Source: Candidatus Aminicenantes bacterium (GTDB taxonomy: Bacteria > Acidobacteriota > Aminicenantia > Aminicenantales > Saccharicenantaceae). From it: a stretch of DNA of 38,255 nt. Positions 1-9,424 of the stretch are shown piece after piece. Location of the stretch: the NCBI GenBank assembly GCA_046496285.1, contig JAWOHF010000310.1:1-38255 (forward strand), in the 5' to 3' direction. The position numbers and the translations under genes are program-made. The notes beneath the pieces are model-generated. The model worked only from the letters and a program-made list of their open reading frames with translations. It had not been told where the DNA came from and searched no databases. The stretch's first letter is position 1. Each line of letters starts with the position of its first letter.

Positions 1-870
1 GTCCTTGGCCTTCCCGTCCCGGAGATTGCGGACGAGCTCGAGGTTGCGGACGGTCGTCGCGTCGAGGGCGAGGTGGTCCCCGGTGTGCAGATACGAGATC
101 CGGTGGACGAGTCCCAGGGAGTCGCGGCGGACCTCCTTGACATAGTGGAGGAGGGCGCCGGCGGCCGAAACGGCCAGGGCTTTCTCCTCCAGGCCGAAGC
201 CGTCCAGGGACCGGGCCCCGAAGTGCTTGAGAAGGGTTCGGCTGGCCTGGGGGAAGTCGAAGAGCCAGCCTTCGACCGGGCTTTTGCCGGCCACGGGCAG
301 CCCGTTGAGGCCGAGGACCCGCTCGAGGGCCTCCTCGGCGCCTTCGGCGAAGACGATCTCCCGGGGCGGCGACTTGAACAGCTCGTCGGCCAGGGTCCTC
401 GACTCCGGCCACGGGCCCTGCAGCGTACGGACCTCGCCCGCCGCAAGGTCGAGGAGGGCCATCCCCCAACCGTGGGACTCGAGGGCCAACGAGGCGATAT
501 AGACGCCCTCCTTGGCGTTCTCGGCCTCGAACTCGACGGCCGTGCCCGGCGTGAGGACCCTGATGACCTCGCGTTTGACGACCCCCCGGGCCGCCTTGGG
601 GTCCTCGACCTGCTCGCAGACGGCGACCTTGCGGCCGGCCCGCAGGAGCTTCGGGAGATAGGAGGCCACGGCGTGATGCGGCACGCCGCACATCGGGACC
701 CTCTGACGGGAGGTCAGGGCGATCCCGAGCAGGGGCGCAGCGAGCTTGGCGTCCTCGTAGAACATCTCGTAGAAATCGCCGAGCCGGAAGAAGAGCAGGG
801 CGTCGCGATGGAGCTCCTTGATGCGGAAGTACTGCTCCATCATCGGGGTCAGGGAATCGTCTTTGGCCAT
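1..870 (-). CDS. mutS: DNA mismatch repair protein MutS, N-terminal 290 codons (rest of gene runs off the window)
   Basis: Absent from the ORF track because it has no stop in the window. The reverse complement from ATG at 870..868 reads MAKDDSLTPMMEQYFRIKELHRDALLFFRLGDFYEMFYEDAKLAAPLLGIALTSRQRVPMCGVPHHAVASYLPKLLRAGRKVAVCEQVED. This is classic MutS domain I (TPMM.QY..IK, GDFYE.F, GVP.H, A.CEQ). The frame stays open to nt 1 (870 nt = 290 codons). The + strand ORF 73..1032 is its antisense shadow. Confidence 0.9.
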   Translation of the reverse strand, partial: MAKDDSLTPMMEQYFRIKELHRDALLFFRLGDFYEMFYEDAKLAAPLLGIALTSRQRVPMCGVPHHAVASYLPKLLRAGRKVAVCEQVEDPKAARGVVKREVIRVLTPGTAVEFEAENAKEGVYIASLALESHGWGMALLDLAAGEVRTLQGPWPESRTLADELFKSPPREIVFAEGAEEALERVLGLNGLPVAGKSPVEGWLFDFPQASRTLLKHFGARSLDGFGLEEKALAVSAAGALLHYVKEVRRDSLGLVHRISYLHTGDHLALDATTVRNLELVRNLRDGKAKD

Positions 871-882
871 CGGAGCCCCCTC

Positions 883-911
883 ACTATACCCACGGCCCCC
901 CTGTTTTGCAA
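883..911 (-). promoter_or_regulatory. Putative sigma70-type promoter of mutS (TTGCAA-17 nt-TATAGT)
   Basis: On the minus strand, -35 TTGCAA is at 911..906 and -10 TATAGT at 888..883, with a 17-nt spacer. The -10 ends only 12 nt before the mutS ATG, implying a very short leader. Sequence match only. Confidence 0.4.
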
Positions 912-1006
912 CACCTGTGCGTTACCCCGGAGAAGGCTGCGGGAAAGCGTGAAGAATCACCGCGCGGACGGAAAGGATACCTCGAGGCCCTCTCGCGGCC
1001 GTTCGG

Positions 1007-1035
1007 TTGACACCCGGCGGCGCCTGGTGTAATCT
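1007..1035 (+). promoter_or_regulatory. Putative sigma70-type promoter of pgsA (TTGACA-17 nt-TAATCT)
   Basis: Perfect -35 TTGACA at 1007..1012, a 17-nt spacer, and -10 TAATCT at 1030..1035. The GTG start of pgsA at 1043 lies 7 nt after the -10, so the mRNA would be leaderless or nearly so. Sequence match only. Confidence 0.45.
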
Positions 1036-1042
1036 CGGGGCC

Positions 1043-1585
1043 GTGAACGTCCCCAACACGTTGAGCCTCGTTCGCATCCTGGCCATTCCGGCCCTGGTGG
1101 CCGTCATGGTCACGGATTTCCGCGGCCACGACCTGGTGGCCGTGATCATCTTCACCCTGGCCTCGCTCACGGACTGGCTCGACGGCTGGCTGGCCAGAAA
1201 GAACAAGATGGTCACCGTCCTCGGCCAGCTCCTCGACCCGACGGCCGACAAGCTGCTCATCGCCTCGACCCTCATCTGCCTGGTCGAGCTCGGACGGGTC
1301 CCGGCCTGGGTGGCCGTGGTCATCATCGGGCGGGAGATCGCCGTTTCCGGGTTCCGGGCCATGGCCTCGTCGAAAGGGGTCAACATCCCGGCCTCGGTCC
1401 TCGGAAAGGCCAAAATGGGCAGCGAATCGTGGATCATCGGGGCCCTTGTTCTGGGGCCTCTCTACCTGGGGAAGCTCTATGTCATCGCTCAGGTCGGTCT
1501 GTGGATCGCCCTGATCCTGGCCGTTCTCTCGGCCGTCGAATATTTCATTCGCTTCGGCCCCCGGGTCCTGTCACAGAAGCCCTGA
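1043..1585 (+). CDS. pgsA: CDP-diacylglycerol--glycerol-3-phosphate 3-phosphatidyltransferase
   Basis: ORF 1007..1585, with the start moved to GTG 1043. VNVPNTLSLVRILAIP matches the usual PgsA N-terminus, and ATG 1007 sits on the -35 box. The CDP-alcohol phosphatidyltransferase motif D-G-x2-A-R-x8-G-x3-D-x3-D is present (DWLDGWLARKNKMVTVLGQLLDPTADK). Several hydrophobic TM segments. Confidence 0.85.
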   Translation: MNVPNTLSLVRILAIPALVAVMVTDFRGHDLVAVIIFTLASLTDWLDGWLARKNKMVTVLGQLLDPTADKLLIASTLICLVELGRVPAWVAVVIIGREIAVSGFRAMASSKGVNIPASVLGKAKMGSESWIIGALVLGPLYLGKLYVIAQVGLWIALILAVLSAVEYFIRFGPRVLSQKP

Positions 1586-2503
1586 GAGGACCGTCCGCGT
1601 TCTCTCCAGGCTCTCACCGTTCTCCACGTTCAAGAGGACAGGGGACTTGGGCCACCCCCGGCTGATCCGCTTGAGGAGGCCGCCAAGGACCTTGCCCGCG
1701 CCCACTTCGACGCACGCGTCGAGGTCCAGGCCCTTGAGCACATCCATGGACTTCGTCCAGAGCACGGCCCGGCTGACCTGGCGCTTGAGGGCGTCCCTGG
1801 CCTCGGCACCCGTCAAAACGGGCTTGGCGTCGACATTGCAAACGACGGGGAACCGGGGGTCGCCGAAGGCCACGGCGTCGAGGTCCGCGGCCAGCCTGTC
1901 CTCGGCCGGCCTCATCAGCCGGGTGTGGAAGGGCGCGCTGACCGGCAGCATGACGGACCGGGGCGGCTTGAGGCCGGTCAGGGCCTCCTCGACGGCTTTC
2001 TTTTCTCCGGCGATGACGATCTGATCTTCGCCGTTCCAGTTGGCGATCTCGACGACCCCGGCGGAGAATCCGGCCAGGTACCGTTCGATCTCGGCCCCCG
2101 GGACCCCGAGGACGGCCGCCATGGCCCCGGCCCCGACGGGGACGGCCTCCTGCATGTAGCATCCCCTTTTGTGGACGAGCAGAACGGCGTCCTCGAAGCT
2201 CAAGGCCCCGGCGGCGACCAGCGCCGAGTATTCCCCGAGACTGTGTCCGGCGGCGACGACCGGGTCCCGGTCGAGAAGGAGGCTGGCGGCCGTACTCACG
2301 ACGAGCAGGGCCGGCTGCGTGTTCCGCGTCAGCCGGAGCTCCTCCTCGGGGCCTTCGAACGAGAGCCGGGACAGTCCGTAGCCGAGGATCCGGTCGGCTC
2401 GCTCGAAGAGGTCCCGGGCCTCCGGCGAACGGTCGAAGAGGTCCTTGCCCATGCCGACGGACTGCGAGCCCTGTCCAGGAAATAGATAGGCGATCCTTGA
2501 CAT
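1571..2503 (-). CDS. fabD: Malonyl-CoA:ACP transacylase
   Basis: ORF 1571..3130 trimmed to ATG 2503. GGGAGGAG lies 8 nt upstream, and the longer version overlaps the upstream chaperone gene with low-complexity R/G/P sequence. MSRIAYLFPGQGSQ, active-site GHSLGEYSAL, about 310 aa, colinear with FabD. Confidence 0.92.
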   Translation of the reverse strand: MSRIAYLFPGQGSQSVGMGKDLFDRSPEARDLFERADRILGYGLSRLSFEGPEEELRLTRNTQPALLVVSTAASLLLDRDPVVAAGHSLGEYSALVAAGALSFEDAVLLVHKRGCYMQEAVPVGAGAMAAVLGVPGAEIERYLAGFSAGVVEIANWNGEDQIVIAGEKKAVEEALTGLKPPRSVMLPVSAPFHTRLMRPAEDRLAADLDAVAFGDPRFPVVCNVDAKPVLTGAEARDALKRQVSRAVLWTKSMDVLKGLDLDACVEVGAGKVLGGLLKRISRGWPKSPVLLNVENGESLERTRTVLSGLL

Positions 2504-2520
2504 GATATCCGCTCCTCCCA

Positions 2521-3153
2521 TTACTCGAGGCAATCCTTCTTGATCCGGATGTCGGCCCGGGACCTGAGGTCCCTGACCCAGGCCTCCATCTGGTTCTTTA
2601 AATCCCGGTCCCGGACCTGGGCTTCGAGGAGGCCCGCCACACGGTCCAAAGGCTCGGGCTCGAGGCCCTGACGAACCTGCTCCGGGATATAGATCTCCCG
2701 ATAGTGCCTCTCGATGCCCGTGCGCGAGACGGGCAGGCTGCTGCTGAACCTCAGGGCCAGGGCCTTTTCGAAGAGAAGCGCCTCCTCGACGTAGGCCCTG
2801 AGGTCCTTCTCCTGGAGCCCGAACTTCCGCAACCGTCGCCCGAATTCGGCCTCCCCCAACTGCCGCCGGACCTCGTCGAGGGCCGCCGTCGCTTCCTCCC
2901 TGTCCACGGAGCGCGCCTCCCGGGTCAAATCCAGGACGACCTTCCGGTCGATGAGAGCGTCGAGGGCCGCGAGCCGCGGGTCCTTCGCCGGGCTCTCCGC
3001 GGTCCGATGGACCAGCCCGAATTCGGCGATGACCTGGACGTCCACCAGGGTGATGAGACGGCCGTTGACGACGGCGACCAGGCAATTGACGGTCTGGGCC
3101 GGAAGCAGGGCGCCCCACAGGAGGCACCAACCGGCGATCTTGGCGATCCTCAT
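2521..3153 (-). CDS. Periplasmic SurA N-terminal-domain-like chaperone (no PPIase domain)
   Basis: 210 aa. Signal peptide MRIAKIAGWCLLWGALLPAQT, then VAVVNGRLITLVDV, typical of the SurA_N chaperone domain. GGAGGAG SD lies 6 nt upstream. It sits immediately downstream of bamA, where skp/surA-type chaperone genes commonly occur. Family call by eye only. Confidence 0.6.
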   Translation of the reverse strand: MRIAKIAGWCLLWGALLPAQTVNCLVAVVNGRLITLVDVQVIAEFGLVHRTAESPAKDPRLAALDALIDRKVVLDLTREARSVDREEATAALDEVRRQLGEAEFGRRLRKFGLQEKDLRAYVEEALLFEKALALRFSSSLPVSRTGIERHYREIYIPEQVRQGLEPEPLDRVAGLLEAQVRDRDLKNQMEAWVRDLRSRADIRIKKDCLE

Positions 3154-3168
3154 ATGGCTCCTCCTATC

Positions 3169-5967
3169 CTAGAAGATGTTGCCGATGGTCAGGAAAAACA
3201 GGGGAGTGCCCTTGCGGTCCGTGCTTTCGAAAGTCCAGAGCTTCCAGGCGACCTCCAGACGCACGGGCCCCAAGGGCGTCCTGTAGCGGATGCCCGCGCC
3301 GGCGGCGGCCTGGAGATCGAGGGGCCGGAAATTCTGGAGCCGGCCGTAAACGTTCCCAAGGTCGAAGAAGGCCGCGATCCTCAGCTCCCGCCACGACCGC
3401 ACGAGCGGAAAAACGAGCTCCGTGTTGATGAGGAACACGGCTTCCCCGCCGAGGGGCTTCTGCGAGCCGTCTTCACCGATCTCGGCCGGGCCGAGCATGT
3501 CGAACTCCTCTCCCCGAAAGGTGTTGCTGCCGCCCGCGAAGAAGCGTTCCGGGAGGTTCCTCAGGCTGCGGCCGAGTCCCAAACGGCCCGTCAGGCTCAA
3601 GTTCAAGCTTGGTGACAGGGGCCGATAGAACTGCGACTTGAGATAGACCTTCTGATAATCCGATTCCATGCCGAAGACCGGGAATCCCCACTCCCCGACC
3701 AGGTTGAAATAGGTCCCCCTGACAGGGTTCAGCGTGTCGTCCCGCCTGTCCCAGCTCATGCTGAGCGAGGCCACGGCCGCAGAATACGGCAGGTACCGCC
3801 GATCGATGTCATCAGGCGGGTTCTCGATGCTGACGTCGAAGATCGCGGTCCGGGTCAGGCTCAGCGAGGCCAGCAGGAGCCGGCCCGTCCCAAGGGGTTT
3901 GATGGTGTTGAAGCTGACGCCGCGGCGGTCGAACTTGAAGCTGACCCGGTCCTCTCTTTCGGCCCAGGCCAGGAGGGTCGTCGGCATGGTCAGGCCGAAG
4001 AGGTAGGGTTGGCTCCAGGATCCGACGATCCGCCTCTCGATGCTGCTGAGCTGGCCCACGAGCCCGGCCTGGGCCCCGAGGCCCAGGACGTTGGTCCGGA
4101 TGTATTCGGCCGTGCCCCGGGGCCGGAACTCGTCCGGCCACGAAGCCAGGGACCCGCTGACCCGGTTGCGGGATTCGAATCCCAGCCCGACCCCCGCGTA
4201 GTTCAGCTCCCCCTCCCGCACGGTCACGACGAGGATCTCGTGGCCGGGCTCCGTGGGGATCTGCTCCAGCCGGACTTCGGAAAAAATGCCCAGACGTTCC
4301 AGTCTTCGCTTCGATTCCTGGATCCGGGACTGGTCCGCGACATCGCCCTTGCGGACCTGGATCTCCCGGTTGATGACCTGGGTCTTCGTTCTGCGGTTGC
4401 CGGTGACGAGGACGTTCCCGATGACGAACAGTTCGCCCTCCGTGATCTCGAAGACCAGGGACACGCGATGGTCTTCGCCCATCTCCACCCGGGGCAGGAC
4501 CTCGGTTCCCCGTGCGCCCCGGTCGAGGTAGGCGTTCTCGATCCGGCCGACGTCCCCCTGGACGTTCGGAGGGAAATACGGGCCGCCTTCCTTGTTGGCC
4601 AATTCGGCCAGCAGGGCTTCCGGAGAGAAGAGGCTGACGCCTTCGAGTCGGACGGAGCTCACCTGTCGCTGGGCGCCCTCTCTGACGGAATAGACCGCCT
4701 TGACGTCGGCCCCCTGACGGACGAAATCCAGCTTGACCTGGACCTCGGCGAAACCGTTCTCCTTATAGAGCGCCTCGATGTCCCTCGGGAGGGCGAACAG
4801 GCGGTCGTATCCGAGAAGATCGAAAAAGGGCACGCCCTCGCGCACCGCCAGCAGGACCTTCAGATCGTCCGGTGAATAGGCCGCCAGCCCGGCGAATTCG
4901 ACTTCCCTCACGCGGAATTTCTCCCCGCGCGAAACCTCGTAGATGACGGCCAGCCCGTCCTCCGTCTTCTCGGTCCGGCCGTCGACCGCCGCCTGAAGGT
5001 ATCCCTTCCGGCGGACATGGTTGAGGATCCGGGCTTCCCCCTCCTCCAGGCCCCACGGCTCGAAAATGGGTTCATCCCAGATCGGCTCGACGAGACGGGC
5101 CGGGACCCGGGCCCCCCGGATCTCCACCAGGATCCTCTCATGGGCCTCGATCCCGACCCGAAGGTCCACCTCGCTGCGCTCCTCGTCGAAGGACTCCTCT
5201 TCCAGCCGGACTTCCGCTCGCCGGAATCCCTGGGCCGCGTAGAAGGACACGAGGGCCTGGCGGCCGCGCTCGAGCCGGGACGGGACGTAGGGGTCGCCGG
5301 GACGGCACTTGAGACGCTTCAGCAAGGTGTCCCGGTCGGCAAGGACGTCCCCTTCCAGGACGATCGACCGGACCCGGACCGTCTTCCAGGAATCGACCCG
5401 GAACACGAGCCTGGCCGAAGAGGAACGGGGGTCCTTATGGACATCGACCTCGACCTTGGCGTCGAAAAAACCTTCGCCGCGCAGGGCTGCCCGGACCTCC
5501 TCGACTGCAGCCGGAAGACGTTCTTCCGAGAAAACGCTCCCCGGCCGGAGCGAAGCGAGTCCGTCCATCAGACGGGCCGCCGGGGCCCGGGTGCCGCGGA
5601 ACTTCACATCGGTGACGAACAGGTTCCTGGCCAGGACAAAGGTCAGTTCGACGTCCTCGTCCCCCGCCTTGAGGACCTGGATATCGGAAAAGAGCCCTGT
5701 CCGGAAGATCGTTTTGACGGCCTGGTCCACAGCCCTCGCGGAATAGGGCTCTCCGGCCTTGAGCGGGATGAGGTCCAGGAGGGCCGCTTCCCCCGGGCGG
5801 CCGTCGACCTGGACAACGACCCGGGCGATGACCGGAAGGCCCGTCTCCTGGGCCGACGCCGCCCTCGTCGCGGGCCAGAGGACAAGGGCCAGGAGGAGGG
5901 GCAGGAACCCCGGCCCGGGGCCCCGCCGCGGCTTCCGTCCTCTAGAATCTCTTCCGGTACTTGACAT
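3169..5967 (-). CDS. bamA: Outer membrane protein assembly factor BamA (Omp85/D15 family)
   Basis: 932 aa. An Arg-rich n-region plus hydrophobic signal sequence (FLPLLLALVLWPATRAASA), repeated POTRA-like segments, and a C-terminal barrel. The barrel carries FFAGGSNTFRGEEF (loop-6 RG[F/Y]-type motif) and a terminal aromatic beta-signal ...LTIGNIF. Confidence 0.9.
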   Translation of the reverse strand: MSSTGRDSRGRKPRRGPGPGFLPLLLALVLWPATRAASAQETGLPVIARVVVQVDGRPGEAALLDLIPLKAGEPYSARAVDQAVKTIFRTGLFSDIQVLKAGDEDVELTFVLARNLFVTDVKFRGTRAPAARLMDGLASLRPGSVFSEERLPAAVEEVRAALRGEGFFDAKVEVDVHKDPRSSSARLVFRVDSWKTVRVRSIVLEGDVLADRDTLLKRLKCRPGDPYVPSRLERGRQALVSFYAAQGFRRAEVRLEEESFDEERSEVDLRVGIEAHERILVEIRGARVPARLVEPIWDEPIFEPWGLEEGEARILNHVRRKGYLQAAVDGRTEKTEDGLAVIYEVSRGEKFRVREVEFAGLAAYSPDDLKVLLAVREGVPFFDLLGYDRLFALPRDIEALYKENGFAEVQVKLDFVRQGADVKAVYSVREGAQRQVSSVRLEGVSLFSPEALLAELANKEGGPYFPPNVQGDVGRIENAYLDRGARGTEVLPRVEMGEDHRVSLVFEITEGELFVIGNVLVTGNRRTKTQVINREIQVRKGDVADQSRIQESKRRLERLGIFSEVRLEQIPTEPGHEILVVTVREGELNYAGVGLGFESRNRVSGSLASWPDEFRPRGTAEYIRTNVLGLGAQAGLVGQLSSIERRIVGSWSQPYLFGLTMPTTLLAWAEREDRVSFKFDRRGVSFNTIKPLGTGRLLLASLSLTRTAIFDVSIENPPDDIDRRYLPYSAAVASLSMSWDRRDDTLNPVRGTYFNLVGEWGFPVFGMESDYQKVYLKSQFYRPLSPSLNLSLTGRLGLGRSLRNLPERFFAGGSNTFRGEEFDMLGPAEIGEDGSQKPLGGEAVFLINTELVFPLVRSWRELRIAAFFDLGNVYGRLQNFRPLDLQAAAGAGIRYRTPLGPVRLEVAWKLWTFESTDRKGTPLFFLTIGNIF

Positions 5968-8900
5968 CGAAGCTCAGCTTTCCCCGGTCGTCTTGTCCGC
6001 CGACCAGCGAGAACCTCCGGCTTATGTCCCACTCCATGCGGAAGATGGGGAACTCCTCCTCCGCGGCCAGGACGTTCGAATTCGCCAGGATCGTGGAGTA
6101 GATGATCAGCAGGTTGCCCGACAGCTTTTTTCCGACCGTCAACCGGGCGGCGATGGACCCCGGCGAGCTCTCGGAGAAATAGGGGTCGATGCGGAAGCGG
6201 TCCAGGGTGAAGACGCCGCTGGCCCTCTTCTTGGCCTGGTCGGCGATCTGGTAGGTCAGGAGGGAGGCCGTGCTCATGGCCGTGCTGCGGTCCATGGAGT
6301 AGGTGTAATAGGTCCTCCGGAACGACTCCCCCATAGCCAAGAGGGCCAGGACTTCGTCGGGGGGCAGCGGCGGCGAGGACGAGAACTCGGGCCTCATCCG
6401 GCTGACCGGTCCGTTCATGCTGAGGGTCACACGGTAATCCTTGACATAAGTTTCCCCGCGGAAGTCCAGAAAGGGCTCGGCCCGGAGAGGGTCGGTGAAG
6501 CTCAGGCGGCCGTAGAGGACCCGGAAGGCCCGGTCCTGGAAATAGATGTCGCCGCTGCGGATGTCGACATCCCCGAGCAGGACGGGGTTTTCGAGGCTTC
6601 CCGTGACGGCCAGGCTGAAGCGGCCGGATAGACGGCCCAGCGAATTCTCCACGATCACGTTGTCGTCCCCCTGGAGGCGGAGATTGAGGGTCAGGCCGTC
6701 GAAGAATGACGGCCCGGGATCCTCCTCCGGATCGGCCGCCGCGTAGAACGAGAATTCCTCGTAGATCTCGCGACGCCAGTTCAGGCGCTTGATCATAAGG
6801 TCGCCCTCGAGGACGAACCGCTGCTTGTCCTTGAGCATCCGGAGGGTCCCTTCGACCTGGACCCTCACTCTCTCGGCCGGGGACAGATTCATGTCCCTGG
6901 CTTCGGCCCGCATGTCCATCGTCTCGATGCCGTCCGGGCCGGTCCTCAGCTCCCCCGTCCCTTGGATGGTCCCGCCGCCCAGCCGGCCCGCGAAGGCGGT
7001 GACCGTCAGCGCGCCCTCTTCGTATCTGGCCGCGCCGGAGAAATCGGTAACGGCATAGGGGAACCCGGGAAGGGGCAGCACGGACCCCCGGAAGTCCGTC
7101 GTCACGGTGATCCGGGTCGAATCGTCCGTTTCGACGATGTCGGCCGCGTAATCCACCCGCCCGAGGGCGCCGTCCCACGGCAGGAGAAGGTCGAGGTTCC
7201 CGAGGGTCCCCTTGACGGTCCCGCGGAACGGCTCCCCGGTGGTCGGGATGTCGACCCGGGCCTCGAAGGGATTCTCTCCGGAAGCCAGCCCGCCTTTGAT
7301 CCCCAGAACGACCTGGCCATCCTCGTAGCCCAGCTCGAGATCGCCGCGGGCTTCTGTCTTCTCGAGAGGAGAAAAGAGGAGGTCCCTGACGCTGAAAGCG
7401 CCGCCGAGCGTGTCCGAGCCGAAAACGCCGCGGCCGACGAGGGTGAGAGAAAGGGCCCCGGCGGCGTCCGAGCTCAGCAGGGAGAGGTCCACGTCCCGGC
7501 CGCGGAGATCGACATCGAATTCGCCGTCGACGAGACCGATGAGCAACCGGCCCTCGAACCGCCCCCCGTGAAGGTCCAGCCCCATTTCGGGGAAAGCGAG
7601 GACCCCGTTCCTGAACTCGAGCCGGCCGGCGACATCCCGTGCGGTCTGGCCGTAGCCGGAGATCTCGGGGCTCGAGAAGGTCCCGGAATATTCCTCTTCT
7701 CCATTCGTCCGGACGATCCTGAAATCACCGGCCGCCCGACCCCGGAGAGAAACGGGGATCTCGAGGGCCGGGAAGATCCTGGCCAGCTCCCCCTCCCCGC
7801 CCCGGACCTCGACCTCGGTCATGGCGGCATCGGCCGCGACCCGGACCTCGCCCTTGAGCTCGGGGTCGTCGATCTTGAACGTCCCGGTAAAGCCCTGGGC
7901 GGTGATCCGCGTGTCCGCATCGACGAAAGCGGCGTCGAGCAGGTCGAAGCCGACGGACGAGAACGTTCCCCGGATGTCGACGACCGGGGCCGCCGAACGG
8001 CCGCTCAGGCTGACCTCGGCGAATCCCGCGCCGCGGATCTCCCCGAAATCGAAGGTCTCGTCCAGGATCAGGGAGACGAATTCCCGGGCCTGCCTGACAT
8101 CGAGGACCGAGCCGCGGATCCTGGTGTCGATGTCCCCGTCGAGGTCGATCGCCACGCGGGCCTCCAGGCGGGCGAAATTCGATTGAAGGTCGGGTGTCGC
8201 GACCCGTATCTCTTTGGTCCGGAAATCGACGAAAACTTCGGCGCCTCCCCGGAAAGCGAACCTGTCGCCCACCCTTTCGAGGGACGTATCGCGGAATTCG
8301 GCCGCCGCCTCGAGCTTCCCGTCCCTGACGATGAACGTCCCCCAAACAGGGGACCGCACGGGCCAGGGCATTTCGATCTCGTTGAAGACCGGGTCGATGA
8401 ACAGCCGGCCGGCCCGCCCCTCGACCCGACCTCCTCCGATGGCCAGGGTCAGGGTCTCGGGAAGAAGCCCCGGTTTCTGGATGACGACGTCGACCTCGAC
8501 GTCCTTTCCGGGCTCCCGGCGGACGCCGCCCCGGATCCGGCCCATGGGAACGTCGCTCAGGACGAGGCCGTCGGCCGCGATGGTCGTCTCGACGGAGATC
8601 TCCCCGGATTTCCGCAGGAACTTCCCTTCCCCGCCGACCTTGCCCTTCCAGTCGAAAGGCAGATCGAGAAGCGCGGATATCCCGGCCGTCTCGATCTCAA
8701 AGCGCGTGTCGAGCTCGATCTCGGGATCCCGGTAGGCCCGCAAGCGCCCTCGGCCCTCGAAGAGGACGTCCGGGCCCTCGATCTTCAACTGCTGGACCGT
8801 GATGTTATCGCCCCTGCCCGAAAGGGAGATGTCGAGGCCGGCCAGCAGGACCGCCTCGCCGGGAAGGGACTCATACTTCGCGTCGTCCGATCCGGCCCGG

Positions 8901-9424
8901 AGGGTGAACTGGTCGCCTCTCTGCGTGAACAGGGCCTCGATCCCCCGGACCTCGAGGCGCGTCCCGCCGCCCTCGTAGAGGACCGCCCCGTCCCTGACGA
9001 CGCCCCTGTCGACGTTGAAGGGAAGGGAGAGCGCGGGTCTCGCCCGCGCGGCTCTCGGACGCAGGGCTTCCGGGCCGATGCGGAGCTCGGGGGAATCGAA
9101 CACGACCGAAACGGCCTTGCGGTTCCGAAGCAGGGACCACAGGGGCATCTCCACCTTGACCGCTCGCGCCCGGAACAGGGGGGGGTCGGTCAAGGTCCGG
9201 ACCTCCTTGAGGAGGATGGCCGGCGGGAAGGAGGAAATCTGAAGGTCGTCATAGGCGAACGTCTTGCTAAGCTCCTTGCGGATCTCCCCGACCAGGACGG
9301 ACCGGCCGACGACCAGGCTTCCGCCGAGGAACCCGAGGACGAGGAAGGCGACGGCGATCCTCCGGATCCGCTGAATGAGCCTGCGGATGAGCTCGCGGAT
9401 CCGGAAGACCGACTTGATCCTCAC
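5942..9424 (-). CDS. tamB: TamB-like translocation and assembly module protein (AsmA-like, DUF490 C-terminus)
   Basis: 1160 aa. A single N-terminal TM anchor ([17 protein letters not shown]), a long beta-rich periplasmic body, and a C-terminus ...[19 protein letters not shown] typical of TamB/DUF490. The GTG start overlaps the tal stop (GTGA). The 3' end overlaps the bamA start by 26 nt. Confidence 0.85.
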   Translation of the reverse strand: MRIKSVFRIRELIRRLIQRIRRIAVAFLVLGFLGGSLVVGRSVLVGEIRKELSKTFAYDDLQISSFPPAILLKEVRTLTDPPLFRARAVKVEMPLWSLLRNRKAVSVVFDSPELRIGPEALRPRAARARPALSLPFNVDRGVVRDGAVLYEGGGTRLEVRGIEALFTQRGDQFTLRAGSDDAKYESLPGEAVLLAGLDISLSGRGDNITVQQLKIEGPDVLFEGRGRLRAYRDPEIELDTRFEIETAGISALLDLPFDWKGKVGGEGKFLRKSGEISVETTIAADGLVLSDVPMGRIRGGVRREPGKDVEVDVVIQKPGLLPETLTLAIGGGRVEGRAGRLFIDPVFNEIEMPWPVRSPVWGTFIVRDGKLEAAAEFRDTSLERVGDRFAFRGGAEVFVDFRTKEIRVATPDLQSNFARLEARVAIDLDGDIDTRIRGSVLDVRQAREFVSLILDETFDFGEIRGAGFAEVSLSGRSAAPVVDIRGTFSSVGFDLLDAAFVDADTRITAQGFTGTFKIDDPELKGEVRVAADAAMTEVEVRGGEGELARIFPALEIPVSLRGRAAGDFRIVRTNGEEEYSGTFSSPEISGYGQTARDVAGRLEFRNGVLAFPEMGLDLHGGRFEGRLLIGLVDGEFDVDLRGRDVDLSLLSSDAAGALSLTLVGRGVFGSDTLGGAFSVRDLLFSPLEKTEARGDLELGYEDGQVVLGIKGGLASGENPFEARVDIPTTGEPFRGTVKGTLGNLDLLLPWDGALGRVDYAADIVETDDSTRITVTTDFRGSVLPLPGFPYAVTDFSGAARYEEGALTVTAFAGRLGGGTIQGTGELRTGPDGIETMDMRAEARDMNLSPAERVRVQVEGTLRMLKDKQRFVLEGDLMIKRLNWRREIYEEFSFYAAADPEEDPGPSFFDGLTLNLRLQGDDNVIVENSLGRLSGRFSLAVTGSLENPVLLGDVDIRSGDIYFQDRAFRVLYGRLSFTDPLRAEPFLDFRGETYVKDYRVTLSMNGPVSRMRPEFSSSPPLPPDEVLALLAMGESFRRTYYTYSMDRSTAMSTASLLTYQIADQAKKRASGVFTLDRFRIDPYFSESSPGSIAARLTVGKKLSGNLLIIYSTILANSNVLAAEEEFPIFRMEWDISRRFSLVGGQDDRGKLSFDVKYRKRF

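Noticed and set aside
73-1032. 319-aa + strand ORF covering the start of the window
   Set aside because: It is rich in R/G/P/D/E/L and has no recognisable motifs. The opposite strand gives an unambiguous MutS N-terminus in an open frame to nt 1. This is an antisense shadow ORF typical of GC3-rich DNA.
2504-3130. N-terminally extended versions of real genes in the ORF track: fabD 1571..3130, hslV 12722..14008, aor 21671..23560, korA 26509..27852, korD 27675..28517, LMW-PTP 19231..20019, small protein 36075..36701, GH2 14326, nucleotidyltransferase 13379, pgsA 1007
   Set aside because: The extensions overlap the upstream gene, are compositionally junk-like, and are followed by an internal start codon with a good SD or stop-start overlap. 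That start also matches the family's normal N-terminus. The shorter coordinates were used.
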